A DNA stretch of 60,802 nucleotides, the filler included. It is 5 parts of 5 records of this genome, joined end to end, with 100 filler letters (N's around TTAATTAATTAA, not from the genome) between each part and the next. Parts side by side here need not be neighbours in the genome. Positions count along the whole stretch, not along the records: positions 1 to 30,956 come from SRR20825006_19; 4 more parts are not named here. One strand, 5' to 3'. The position numbers and the translations under genes were made by a program. The notes beneath the pieces are model-generated. The model worked only from the letters and a program-made list of their open reading frames with translations, did no database searches and was not told where the DNA came from. Within the stretch, counting starts at the first letter, position 1, and each line of letters opens with the position of its first letter. This document shows, in pieces, positions 9,519 through 19,234 of this stretch.

Positions 9519-12500
9519 TTATTTTATTAGAGTCATCTTTTTGGTAAGAACTTCGTCTCCAATCACCAAACGATAGATATACATACCAGAAGCAAGATTA
9601 GTAGCATTAAATGTTATGTTGTATCTACCTGGATTTTTAGTCTCATTATTTATAAGTGTCATAACTTTTCGTCCAAGTACGTCATATACCTCCAATTGAA
9701 CTTTTGCTGAGTTTGGGACTCCAAATCGAATCACTGATGTCGGATTAAACGGATTTGGGTAATTTTGATACAGCTCAACTTCTGTAGGAATCCCAACAGC
9801 TACTTCATTACTTACCAATGTACCAGTTACCATTAAAACGAAGATTGGTTGTACAGCTTCTTTAGATTTAACATCGTGTCCTGAAGAAAAAGGAGAATAG
9901 TTCATTGCATACTTATCTTTTGAAATAAGCTCAAAGCTATGCTCTGTGGCTTCTCGTAAGTCAATAACTTCACCCGTATAAGCATTCCGTAATTTAAACG
10001 AGAGTTCTTCCGGTAAACCTTTTCTACTCCAGTTTAAATTAAATTTTCCATTGAGCGATGAATGTAAATATATAGGGAACTCCATCTCGCCAACTATATT
10101 TTCAGGAAGATTATTGATTGTAAGTGCTTGATCTCCAATCATAGTGTAGAGATGTGCAAAATTAGAGGCATAAGATCCCAAATAATAGCCATCATATGAA
10201 TCGATTTCTGCACTTCCTTTCTCATCGAATCTTAAGAAAGAGGAAGATTCAAGCCCACTTTCCTCATGCGTCAACTTTAATTCAAGAGCAGTTTCAGAAA
10301 CTTGTTTTTCGTTAATGGCTGCATCGGCATCACCATAATCGAGATTTAGTATTGCTGTTGTCCCAGAGCTAAGCACACGTACAAATACAGATTCATAAGG
10401 GTTGATTGCACCTGTTGAAAGGATCTGATAGGTTTTTGCTATTGGATTCCAGCGATATACGTAGCTATTGGCTAAGGGATCCTGTCTTTTTAGGGTAGCT
10501 ATTACAGAATCAGCAGCTAAAGGCCAGCCAAATGGATTACCAAATAATTTAAACCCTTCACTTCCAGAGGTACCTGAAACTCCATCATGGTTTACATTTC
10601 GTGCAGATATGCTAAGGTCTGTTCCAAACGGATTTCCATAATTACTAAGCGATTTCGGCCAACCTCCATCAATATCACTTTCCCCGTCACCTAAATCATC
10701 ATCTTCAAACAAGTATGCTAATACCCCCTGTCCAGCTGCTAGTGTAGTGGTTTCTAAATCTGTAGTTATTGCTACAAATACCGAACTATCTTCATCGAAG
10801 GTAAAAAGTGTTGCATCAGCATCCGGTGCATTTGAGTTAATAGCACCTTGGGTCCAGATATTGGAGGTAAGCTCACCAACTGTTGTTGAAAATGGATTTG
10901 ACAATAGATACCATCCACCTTCTCCATTATTTCCGGCAATAGAAGGCATAGATTCTACATTAATCATAGTAAACTCTACAGAATCGGAAAAACTTGTTGA
11001 GGCCACTTTTATTTGAAGCGTATCTACTCCTAGGTGTAGAGTTGAGTATCTTAACGATGCACTTCCGCTTGGTATAAAACTAAAGTTTGAACTGATTGTA
11101 ACTAAAGAGTCTATCCCTGCATTATACTCGAAATTGTTGTTTGAATCTAAATATAGGTTACCTTTGGAAGTGGAAATTAAGCTAATAGTTAGGGCTGAAT
11201 CAGCGTAATTACCGCTAAAATCAAATAATTCTTGCACTATTGTAAACGTACTATCATTATAAGTGATTAGAGAAGTATCTGCATGTTGGATTAAATCTGG
11301 GGGTGCTGTAGTACGTGTATAACTGAACCCTCCTCCATTATCACCATCTGTCCATGAAGAAAAGTTTATATCGAAGTAGATATTCTCTTCTTCTAAATAC
11401 ACCACCATGTCTGTACCAACTATTTCATTACCTATTGCTCTATCTAAGGTTTCGTAAAAAGTATCAAATGTAAGATTGTTTAAACTATCTGCCCCCCCCA
11501 TTAACCTTTCTGTAGTACCTAAGGCCCACAAGGTTCCTCTTGGTGAAGAGTATTCACTTTTGTCGTAAACAGTTTCTAAAGCCGCGTTAAATATGCCTCC
11601 ATTTCCTGCTCTTGTAAACCAAACTGAATCTGCAATGCGATCTTGGTTCACTTCTAAGGTTTGATTAGCATAGTCGGTTTTTGTGAAGGTTAAGGTTCCA
11701 TTTTCCAACGTCCAAAATACTGGTGGACCTTCTGTTGTAAAAGAAGTTGTTGGCGCTCCGGTGGTAAGAATTATTTCAGATCCAGGGATGCCATTCATTT
11801 CAAACACCTGTACGTAGTATTCAGTATCGGCTGTTAATCCAGATATCGTCGTGGTATTAGCTCCACCTGCGTAAACTATATAATTACCGGTTCCCACTTC
11901 AGTGCCTTCATCAAATGTTTTGTTGGGTTCGAATCCTGAATTATTTGAAGGAACAGCGTCAATAGCGGAACCCTCTTTTACCACAACTAAACGGCGTCTC
12001 CCGTCCCCATTTGCCCAGCTTATAGTTGCTGAATATGACTGGGAGGATATCGTAATGTTACTTGTAGCAATTGTTGGGCTACTTAAACTACCTGCTTCGT
12101 TCTCAACCATTACAAAGTAGGTGTCCGAACCTTTATATAGGTTAGTCACCAAATCTAAATCGCCATCGCCGTCAAAATCAGTTACGATATACCCTCGGTT
12201 CATACCATAAAAAGAGTCGAGAGCACCAGTAGTTACATGAAAGAAATCATCATTAGTAAAACCGCCGTTCCCATCGTTATACAATACTAAATATTCTAAT
12301 TCAGTACCTTCCGATTGGGATACAAAAGAAAAGCTAATATCCAAATCCCCATCACCGTCGTAATCAAAAATCTCAACATTATTAATCTCCTCCCAACTAG
12401 AATAAAAAAAAGTGGAAGGAGTACCAAAAGTACCATCCCCGTTATTAAATAATACCTGAAACTCATTACCAATTCCGGCTATAATTACATCATTGTACCC

Positions 12501-13631
12501 ATCTCCATTTAAATCTTCCAACTTAAGTTCAACGTCCAAATCCGAGAATAAAGGGTCAATTCCTGAGTAAATGTCACCTATTGTAAAACTTCTATTACCA
12601 TTGTTAATAATAACTTCCATTTGGAAATTACTCTCATCAAAGCCTATAATATCAATATCTCCATCATTATCAACATCCCCGGAAACCAAGGTGTTAAAAG
12701 TTAAACTAGGAGTAACACTATCTGGTTCTGTAAATGTAAAATCCCCATTCCCCCAATTCACTATATTAATTTGATTATTATATATGTAGTAGAAATCAAG
12801 GTTGCCATCTCCATCGAAATCTGCTAATTCTAAGCTTCTAAGTTCATAAGTATTGATAGTTGTTGAATCATGAAAAGAAAAGGTGCCGGAACCATCATTT
12901 TCTGCACCTGTAATTATAGATGATCCTAATTCTTCAATGAGAAAATCGACATCACCATCGCCATCAATGTCACCTTCAAACATCTTCTGAGCCCTATTAT
13001 ACGTTGTACTAGAAAATTCACTGTAAGTGCCCCCTGAATTTTTATATACAACCACGTTATCATATCGCGATGTTTTTCCAATAATGTCTTCGTCGCCATC
13101 ATTGTCTATATCTACATTTATAAAGGAGCTCAGTTCATTTTCTGCAATATTGAGAGTATCCCCAAATTGAAAATGTCCATTTCCCGTTACTGCGGTTCTA
13201 AAAGAGAATGTAAAGGCTTGGCTCAAATTTGAAGCCAGAGCACTTTCAATAGCACTGGTTAACACTACTGTGATGGTTTCCCCGGGTAAAAAATCATTGG
13301 TAGGATTAAAAGTCATCGTTTTAGTAGGATCGTCGTAGGAAATAGAGCCTGCTATTACCCCAGATAATGAACCTCGTACTACTACGGAAGAATTTACAAA
13401 GCTCGCTCCATCCATCGATTCTGAAAAGGTGGCTGTAATATTCGCCGAAGTGCTAACATCTAACGAATTTTGATGGCTTACTGAGACGACAGATGGTGTG
13501 CTTATTTTTTTTGAAATAGAAAGATTTTCATTCCTATTAATAGATGAAGAAGTTTCTCCAAGAAAAAAATTTGCTTGAATATTAGTTGACGCGAAAAGAT
13601 AAATCAAAACGAATAAGCATTGCTTTTTCAT
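9519..13631 (-). CDS. Large secreted protein: Ig-like domain, FG-GAP/VCBS repeats, FN3-like domain, T9SS C-terminal domain
   Basis: Repeated 'GD(I/V/F)D(G/N)DGD(L/I)D' motifs; 'ISGLTADTEYYVQVFE' FN3; 'LYQNYPNPFNPTSVIRF...KKMTLIK' CTD. Confidence 0.85.
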   Translation of the reverse strand: MKKQCLFVLIYLFASTNIQANFFLGETSSSINRNENLSISKKISTPSVVSVSHQNSLDVSTSANITATFSESMDGASFVNSSVVVRGSLSGVIAGSISYDDPTKTMTFNPTNDFLPGETITVVLTSAIESALASNLSQAFTFSFRTAVTGNGHFQFGDTLNIAENELSSFINVDIDNDGDEDIIGKTSRYDNVVVYKNSGGTYSEFSSTTYNRAQKMFEGDIDGDGDVDFLIEELGSSIITGAENDGSGTFSFHDSTTINTYELRSLELADFDGDGNLDFYYIYNNQINIVNWGNGDFTFTEPDSVTPSLTFNTLVSGDVDNDGDIDIIGFDESNFQMEVIINNGNRSFTIGDIYSGIDPLFSDLDVELKLEDLNGDGYNDVIIAGIGNEFQVLFNNGDGTFGTPSTFFYSSWEEINNVEIFDYDGDGDLDISFSFVSQSEGTELEYLVLYNDGNGGFTNDDFFHVTTGALDSFYGMNRGYIVTDFDGDGDLDLVTNLYKGSDTYFVMVENEAGSLSSPTIATSNITISSQSYSATISWANGDGRRRLVVVKEGSAIDAVPSNNSGFEPNKTFDEGTEVGTGNYIVYAGGANTTTISGLTADTEYYVQVFEMNGIPGSEIILTTGAPTTSFTTEGPPVFWTLENGTLTFTKTDYANQTLEVNQDRIADSVWFTRAGNGGIFNAALETVYDKSEYSSPRGTLWALGTTERLMGGADSLNNLTFDTFYETLDRAIGNEIVGTDMVVYLEEENIYFDINFSSWTDGDNGGGFSYTRTTAPPDLIQHADTSLITYNDSTFTIVQELFDFSGNYADSALTISLISTSKGNLYLDSNNNFEYNAGIDSLVTISSNFSFIPSGSASLRYSTLHLGVDTLQIKVASTSFSDSVEFTMINVESMPSIAGNNGEGGWYLLSNPFSTTVGELTSNIWTQGAINSNAPDADATLFTFDEDSSVFVAITTDLETTTLAAGQGVLAYLFEDDDLGDGESDIDGGWPKSLSNYGNPFGTDLSISARNVNHDGVSGTSGSEGFKLFGNPFGWPLAADSVIATLKRQDPLANSYVYRWNPIAKTYQILSTGAINPYESVFVRVLSSGTTAILNLDYGDADAAINEKQVSETALELKLTHEESGLESSSFLRFDEKGSAEIDSYDGYYLGSYASNFAHLYTMIGDQALTINNLPENIVGEMEFPIYLHSSLNGKFNLNWSRKGLPEELSFKLRNAYTGEVIDLREATEHSFELISKDKYAMNYSPFSSGHDVKSKEAVQPIFVLMVTGTLVSNEVAVGIPTEVELYQNYPNPFNPTSVIRFGVPNSAKVQLEVYDVLGRKVMTLINNETKNPGRYNITFNATNLASGMYIYRLVIGDEVLTKKMTLIK

Positions 13632-13846
13632 AATGTATGGCAGTTTTTATATGAATACTAGTTACCTCTAATTTGCTAGTTCAATAGTATTGTATCTCTT
13701 ACCGATCGACTATTCACCACCTCAATAACCGTATATTTAACTCCCTATACATTGAGCAATTATAGCCCATTCGGTATCAATATTTTTATTGACCTACGGA
13801 GCTAAATATCTGCACTCTTGATTTCCTGAGAAATAACAAATGTTAA

Positions 13847-14440
13847 TTAACGACTACTTTCCTCTTTCTTAGACACCCTTGAACGGATTCTAGAAATAGA
13901 TACTGTTGACACCCCAATGTATGAAGCCAAGTATTTTTGGGGAATACGGTGAATTAAATCGGGGGAGTGCTCCATTAAATGCCTGTATCTCTCTTCTGGT
14001 GATAGAGTTACAAAAAATTCTATTCTGTTAATCGCTTCTAGAAATGCATCCATTAACGCATCATTCCAAAGCCTGAGCAGTCGAATGTTCTCTTTTGTAA
14101 GAGACTTTATTCTTTTAGTATCCACTAATATGACCTTACAATCTTCGATTGCTTGGATAAATTCTTTGGAAGGTTTATCTCTAATAAACGACTCTGCACA
14201 TGCGGTAAAGTCACCTTCTTTAGCAATTCGCACTGTTTTTTCTTCACCCTCAGGATTCAAAAAATACGTTCTGATAATTCCTTTTCGAATCGCAATGGTA
14301 TAAGGAAAATAATCACCTCTTCTAGCAATTATTTCTCCCGATTTATAAGTTTTTAAGCTTGACACCTTATAAATATCCATTAAATCCTTCAATTGAAGAA
14401 AGCTATAATGCTTGAAGAACTCGACTATTATATTATCCAT
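13847..14440 (-). CDS. Crp/Fnr-family transcriptional regulator (Bacteroidota type)
   Basis: cNMP-binding fold 'IRKGIIRTYF...GEEKT...EGDF', 'SPEERY', 'IPQKYLASYIGVSTVSISRIR'. Confidence 0.88.
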   Translation of the reverse strand: MDNIIVEFFKHYSFLQLKDLMDIYKVSSLKTYKSGEIIARRGDYFPYTIAIRKGIIRTYFLNPEGEEKTVRIAKEGDFTACAESFIRDKPSKEFIQAIEDCKVILVDTKRIKSLTKENIRLLRLWNDALMDAFLEAINRIEFFVTLSPEERYRHLMEHSPDLIHRIPQKYLASYIGVSTVSISRIRSRVSKKEESSR

Positions 14441-14591
14441 AGTATAAGATCTAATTCGATAAAACTTACCTACCCATGTAGCTCATAAATACATTTATAT
14501 TATTTCGTTCTTAATGTACTTAAAAGAAATCGAAAAAAAGATTCCAAAGTGAATCTGAACCACAGCTTAATTATGAATTCAACGAATATGA

Positions 14592-14974
14592 TAGAAATTC
14601 ATAGACATAAAAAAAGCCTCACTAGAAACTAGTGAGGCTTTGTGTGCTCCCCGGTAGTAGCGAACTTGCGAATTTTTTTCGAGATAGAATGGCCTCTTAC
14701 GGCATTAAACAAGGGTTGTCATGGAAATTCTCTTGAAATTGACTGGCTAAAATTCAAAGAAATCTACCCTTTTTTGGCTAATGTGAACTTTTGTAAACCG
14801 GCTAATTCTGTTAACCCAACGAAGCCAACTTCTCAAAAAAATACGCGGGAGAGGCAGGCTAAATTGTATCGTAAATTATTGGACTCTGGCAAGGTAAATA
14901 GTAGAGCTGAGCTTGCTCGGAAATTTGGGGTCAGCCGGGCTTGGGTTACTAAAGTTTTAGGTTCCAATACCTAA
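14592..14974 (+). repeat. Repeat module copy 1: terminator-like hairpin + GCTCCCC + HTH-encoding ORF (14642..14974)
   Basis: Perfect 13-bp stem AAAGCCTCACTAG-AAA-CTAGTGAGGCTTT (14613-14641); GCTCCCC at 14646; clearly homologous in DNA and protein to 25611-25980. Confidence 0.8.
14642..14974 (+). CDS. Small HTH protein or displaced gene C-terminus (mobile-element associated)
   Basis: 'QAKLYRKLLDSGKVNSRAELARKFGVSRAWVTKVL' HTH; weak GTG start; paralog at 25681. Confidence 0.55.
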   Translation: MCSPVVANLRIFFEIEWPLTALNKGCHGNSLEIDWLKFKEIYPFLANVNFCKPANSVNPTKPTSQKNTRERQAKLYRKLLDSGKVNSRAELARKFGVSRAWVTKVLGSNT

Positions 14975-16917
14975 CAACTTTCACAACATGTTTTGGGAAA
15001 CGGTTCTTCCGTCTTGTCTCCAGATTTATCAAAAAAAGAGCGAGTCGAACCGACTCTGGAAAATTTATTCTGAATACGAATAGCGTTTCCAATAGCAATA
15101 AGGGCAACCCCAACATCCGCAAATATAGCTTCCCACATTGTGGCTATCCCAAAAGTAGCAAGAGCCATCACCAACAGTTTAATTCCTAAAGCAAAACCGA
15201 TATTCTGCCAGACAATACGGTGTGTGAATTTTGATATATCTATAGCAAGGGGGAGCTTTGACGGCTGGTCGGTCTGAATTACAACATCCGCCGTTTCAAC
15301 CGTTGCATCTGAACCAATACCACCCATAGCAATGCCTACATCAGATAGTGTGATAACAGGGGCATCGTTTACGCCATCACCTATAAAACCAACAACATTT
15401 CCTCTCCCTAAAGCTTCATTAACATATCGATATTTTTCATCAGGCAACAAATTCCCATAAGCCTCATCCAATCCAAGCTTCTGAGCGATATAAGAGACCA
15501 CTTCCTGATTATCACCTGATAGCACCACCAACTTTTGAATTCCTCTTTCTTTTAGTCCTTTAATTGCTTCACTACTATCCTCTTTAATTTCATCGGCAAT
15601 TATAATAGTACCCGCATGTTCTCCATCAATGGCGATATGTACGTAGGTATAAGGTTTAGAATGGTCATTGTTGGTAATTTTTACCTGATGTTCTTTTAAA
15701 AGGTCGAGGTTTCCGACAAGGACGTTCTTCCCACCTATTATTCCTTTTAAACCCTTTCCTGAAATCTCCTGTTGGTTTTCGACCCGATATAATTCCTGAT
15801 CTTTTTTATAACCAAGAATGGCTTTTCCGATCGGATGAGAAGATTGTTGCTCCAAAGATGCGGCATAAGCAATCAATTCATTTTCACTGATGCCATTATA
15901 GGTCTGTACAGATTGCACTTCAAATGAGCCTTTAGTCAAAGTCCCTGTTTTATCCATAAAGAGAATATTCATCTTCCGGAGTTGATCCAGATAATCTGAT
16001 CCTTTAAATAAAATACCATTACCGGAAGCCGCGCCAATGCCTCCAAAATATCCCAGCGGAACAGAAATCACCAAGCCGCACGGACAAGAAACCACGAGAA
16101 AAATAAGAGCTCGGTAAAACCATTCCTGGAAAATATATGGGTCAACAATTAAGTACGGTAAAAAGGTTATCGCCACCGCCAACCAAACTACGATTGGAGT
16201 GTAAATTTTTGCGAATTTTGTAATAAATCGCTGGGTAGGAGCTTTGCGTTTTGATGCTTCCTGAACCATATTCAGGATATTTGCCAATTTAGTGTCTTTA
16301 TAACCGCTCTTAACCTTGATACGAACAGCTGTATCCTGATTAACAGACCCTGCCCACACTACTTCACCTTGATTAACGCTCATTGGCTTAGATTCGCCCG
16401 TGAGTGCTGCTGTATTAAAAGAGGCCTTTTGTGTGATTAATTCACCGTCAAGGGGGACCTTCTCGCCAGGTCTAACTAAAATAATTTCTCCAAGCTGTAT
16501 TTTTGATGGATGCAATTCCAAACTTTCTCCATCTCGTTCAACTGTGGCAACATCAGGCTGTTGATCAATAAGTTTTTTGATCGAACTACGTGCTTTATGA
16601 ACAGCTCCATGCTGTGCATATTCACCAATCGTGTAAAATAGCATAACAGCAACACCTTCGGCATATTCACCGATTGCGAAAGCGCCAAGGGTAGCAATTC
16701 CCATGAGAAAGAATTCACTAAAAAGTGTCCCGTTTTTAAGAGAGTTAAAAGCTTTAATCCATACGGAACCACCAACAGCTAAATAGGATAACCCATACAG
16801 CATCAGATACACATACTGGTTCCCTTCGAATATGATTACATTCTCAACAAGGAGAGCTCCAGTTAAAGCAATAGAGCTTATTACTGCTTCTTTATATTTT
16901 TCTAAGAAAGACATCAT
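14971..16917 (-). CDS. cadA: Heavy-metal P1B-type ATPase (ZntA/CadA-like)
   Basis: 'LTGES', 'SCPCGLVIS', 'DKTGTLT', 'SSHP', 'GDGVNDAP', 'FADVG'. Confidence 0.9.
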   Translation of the reverse strand: MMSFLEKYKEAVISSIALTGALLVENVIIFEGNQYVYLMLYGLSYLAVGGSVWIKAFNSLKNGTLFSEFFLMGIATLGAFAIGEYAEGVAVMLFYTIGEYAQHGAVHKARSSIKKLIDQQPDVATVERDGESLELHPSKIQLGEIILVRPGEKVPLDGELITQKASFNTAALTGESKPMSVNQGEVVWAGSVNQDTAVRIKVKSGYKDTKLANILNMVQEASKRKAPTQRFITKFAKIYTPIVVWLAVAITFLPYLIVDPYIFQEWFYRALIFLVVSCPCGLVISVPLGYFGGIGAASGNGILFKGSDYLDQLRKMNILFMDKTGTLTKGSFEVQSVQTYNGISENELIAYAASLEQQSSHPIGKAILGYKKDQELYRVENQQEISGKGLKGIIGGKNVLVGNLDLLKEHQVKITNNDHSKPYTYVHIAIDGEHAGTIIIADEIKEDSSEAIKGLKERGIQKLVVLSGDNQEVVSYIAQKLGLDEAYGNLLPDEKYRYVNEALGRGNVVGFIGDGVNDAPVITLSDVGIAMGGIGSDATVETADVVIQTDQPSKLPLAIDISKFTHRIVWQNIGFALGIKLLVMALATFGIATMWEAIFADVGVALIAIGNAIRIQNKFSRVGSTRSFFDKSGDKTEEPFPKTCCESC

Positions 16918-17288
16918 TCTGAGTATCTTTTATCTCTTAACCATAACCAGGCACCATCCGCGTTCTTGATATCAAAAAATCTTAATTCGTTATTGGTCAG
17001 TGAGTCCAGAAGATTAGTCCCCCACTTTTGCCACTTCGTCTCTCCGACAATGGCAATGCGATCAAATTCACCTATAAATTCGGCATCAAGCTTCAAATCT
17101 TCCCAAAAAGAAGCCTTATCATCCCATCCTCTGAATCTTTCTAAGACCATCAACAAATGAGGATGCTGGTTCAGCTTTATGAAATCCTTGAGAGCCGGAG
17201 CTAATTTATTGAAGTCTTTTTTGCTTAAGGTCTCTGATGCTTTTATGGCAATGATGCTTTCATCAGTATGTGTCTCAATAGTAATCAT
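16914..17288 (-). CDS. SpoIIAA-like (STAS/SEC14) protein
   Basis: 'FRGWD...FWEDLK....FDRIAIVGETKW...LRFF...AWLWL'. Confidence 0.8.
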   Translation of the reverse strand: MITIETHTDESIIAIKASETLSKKDFNKLAPALKDFIKLNQHPHLLMVLERFRGWDDKASFWEDLKLDAEFIGEFDRIAIVGETKWQKWGTNLLDSLTNNELRFFDIKNADGAWLWLRDKRYSE

Positions 17289-17382
17289 AACTACTCTTTT
17301 TATTTATTCAACTTTCAATAAATAGTAGGACTAATTTTATTGGATTAATTGCAGATTAATGTAAATCTCGTGCATTATTACG

Positions 17383-17949
17383 CTAAATCTGATCTATAGA
17401 AATTCTCTTATTTTCCTTCACCTCCTTGAAATGTGAGGGAGATAATCCGGTCTCCTTTTTAAACTGCCGGGAAAAATGTTGCTGACTGCTATATCCCAGT
17501 TCATAGGCAATTTCGGTCAGGTTCTGCTCTCCATACACAATTAACTCTTTAACTCGTTCAATTTTTTGTAAGATATAGTAACGCTCGATAGATTTACCCT
17601 CCACATTAGAAAACAATCGGCTTAGGTATTGGTACTCTTTATTCAATTTATCTGAAAGATAATCCGAAAGTTTTCCGTTAAGTTCTTTATTGAATCTGAC
17701 TAACTCTATGATCAATTGTTTAATCTGTTCCACCAATTTACTTCCCTGATCGTTAATTATCTCGAAGCCATTGGTGTTAACCACTTTTGTGAGCCGCTGA
17801 TATTCTGCATCAGTAATCGGATCAGCCAGTGTTAATTCTCCCAAATCTATCTTTTTAATAGTAAAGCCAGCGGTTAAAAGTTTGGTTTCTAAGTTTTCTG
17901 CACAACATGTGCAAACCATATTTTTGATATGAAAATGTTGTTGTTTCAT
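17383..17949 (-). CDS. AraC-family regulator with N-terminal metal-binding motif
   Basis: 'IKNMVCTCC' N-terminus; AraC HTH 'LTEIAYELGYSSQQHFSRQFKKETGLSPSHFK'. Confidence 0.88.
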   Translation of the reverse strand: MKQQHFHIKNMVCTCCAENLETKLLTAGFTIKKIDLGELTLADPITDAEYQRLTKVVNTNGFEIINDQGSKLVEQIKQLIIELVRFNKELNGKLSDYLSDKLNKEYQYLSRLFSNVEGKSIERYYILQKIERVKELIVYGEQNLTEIAYELGYSSQQHFSRQFKKETGLSPSHFKEVKENKRISIDQI

Positions 17950-18842
17950 GTTGAGTGATTGTCTTCGATTAATGATGATGTTTCCTTATCCAATTCAGCC
18001 TCAATGGTGCTATGGCTGAAATTGTAGGGCTTTAAAATTTCCCGGATTTCTTTTTTCGCATTTACGATTTCAGAATATTCTGAAACATCTTTTAAAATCA
18101 GATGGGCTGTAAAAACATGGCGCTCCCCATCAAGCGACCACAGGTGGAGATGCTTGGTTTCATCCACAAAATCTCTTTCTAAAAATTTCGTTTCTAACTC
18201 CTCTATGCTAATATCATCAGGGCTTCCTTGAAGAAATACGTATAGTGTTTCTCTCAATCTCTTGATAACGTTCCATAGCACATACGCTGTAATTAAAAGG
18301 GAGAGCACAGGATCTAAATAATGAATGTCTTTAAACATAAGAACTACAGATACAATGAGCACGGCGGCCCAACCCAATACGTCTTCCAATAAATGCCAAG
18401 ATATAACTTTCTCATTGAGCGTTTTACCGTGGCCCACCTTCCATGCAGCGTAGCCATTTACACTTACACCAATAAGGGCAAAAATAAGCATTCCCTGAGC
18501 ATCGGTATGCTCCGGACTGATGATACGGCCAACAGCCTCATTAATTACAAATATTGAACCCGTTATTAAAACAAGGCTATTAATTAGCGCTCCGAGGAGT
18601 GAAAACCGCGTATAACCGAAAGTGAACGAACGATTTGCTCCTTGCTTAGATTTGTGATCCAAATACCATGACAATCCAAGGGAGATACTATCACCAAGAT
18701 CGTGCAGTGCATCAGAAATAATAGCAACACTGTTTACATACAATCCACCAAAAAATTCGAGGATGGTGAATCCTATATTAAGGAAGAAGGCAATTTTTAT
18801 ATTGCCTTCCTGGCTGTGTTGATGATTATGAGAATGGCTCAT
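17946..18842 (-). CDS. czcD: Cation diffusion facilitator (CzcD/ZitB-like)
   Basis: His-rich N-terminus, 'SDALHDLGD', 'FTFGYTRF', 'WHLLEDVLG'. Confidence 0.9.
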   Translation of the reverse strand: MSHSHNHQHSQEGNIKIAFFLNIGFTILEFFGGLYVNSVAIISDALHDLGDSISLGLSWYLDHKSKQGANRSFTFGYTRFSLLGALINSLVLITGSIFVINEAVGRIISPEHTDAQGMLIFALIGVSVNGYAAWKVGHGKTLNEKVISWHLLEDVLGWAAVLIVSVVLMFKDIHYLDPVLSLLITAYVLWNVIKRLRETLYVFLQGSPDDISIEELETKFLERDFVDETKHLHLWSLDGERHVFTAHLILKDVSEYSEIVNAKKEIREILKPYNFSHSTIEAELDKETSSLIEDNHST

Positions 18843-18874
18843 AGGTTATTTTTCTAAAATTTTAAGTATTAAGA

Positions 18875-19219
18875 TTAGACTAAATGCAAAGGCTCTCCGG
18901 TTTTTACCCGATATGCTTCTTTTATATCCGTTACATAAATAATCCCATCAGCAGGGTTTGCTGTTTTGGCATGTTTGCAGATAAGAGCTAAAACGCTCCC
19001 AACTTCTTCGTTATGGCAAACAAGCTCTAATTTTACAATCGGGCTATCTGTAAAGTGAAAGTCCAAAGATGGAGAAGCATCAGGGTTTTTGTAGGCTCCT
19101 GTTCCTTCACCTTTAGATAATGTAACACTATCGAAGCCTTCTTCTTTTAGAGACTCTACTACTGTTTGTACTCGCTTAGGTTTTATAAATGCTTTTACTT
19201 CTTTCATAACGTTCCTCAT
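18875..19219 (-). CDS. P-II-family protein in the metal-efflux operon
   Basis: 'MKEVKAFIKP', 'KLELVC', 'DGIIYVTDI..AYRVKTGE' P-II signature. Confidence 0.82.
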   Translation of the reverse strand: MRNVMKEVKAFIKPKRVQTVVESLKEEGFDSVTLSKGEGTGAYKNPDASPSLDFHFTDSPIVKLELVCHNEEVGSVLALICKHAKTANPADGIIYVTDIKEAYRVKTGEPLHLV

Positions 19220-19234
19220 TTAATTAGCAATTTG

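Noticed and set aside
14641-14675. Intact tRNA gene at the GCTCCCC motif
   Set aside because: Only a short 3'-end-like remnant; no cloverleaf can be built. I also saw no suppressor tRNA anywhere in the window.
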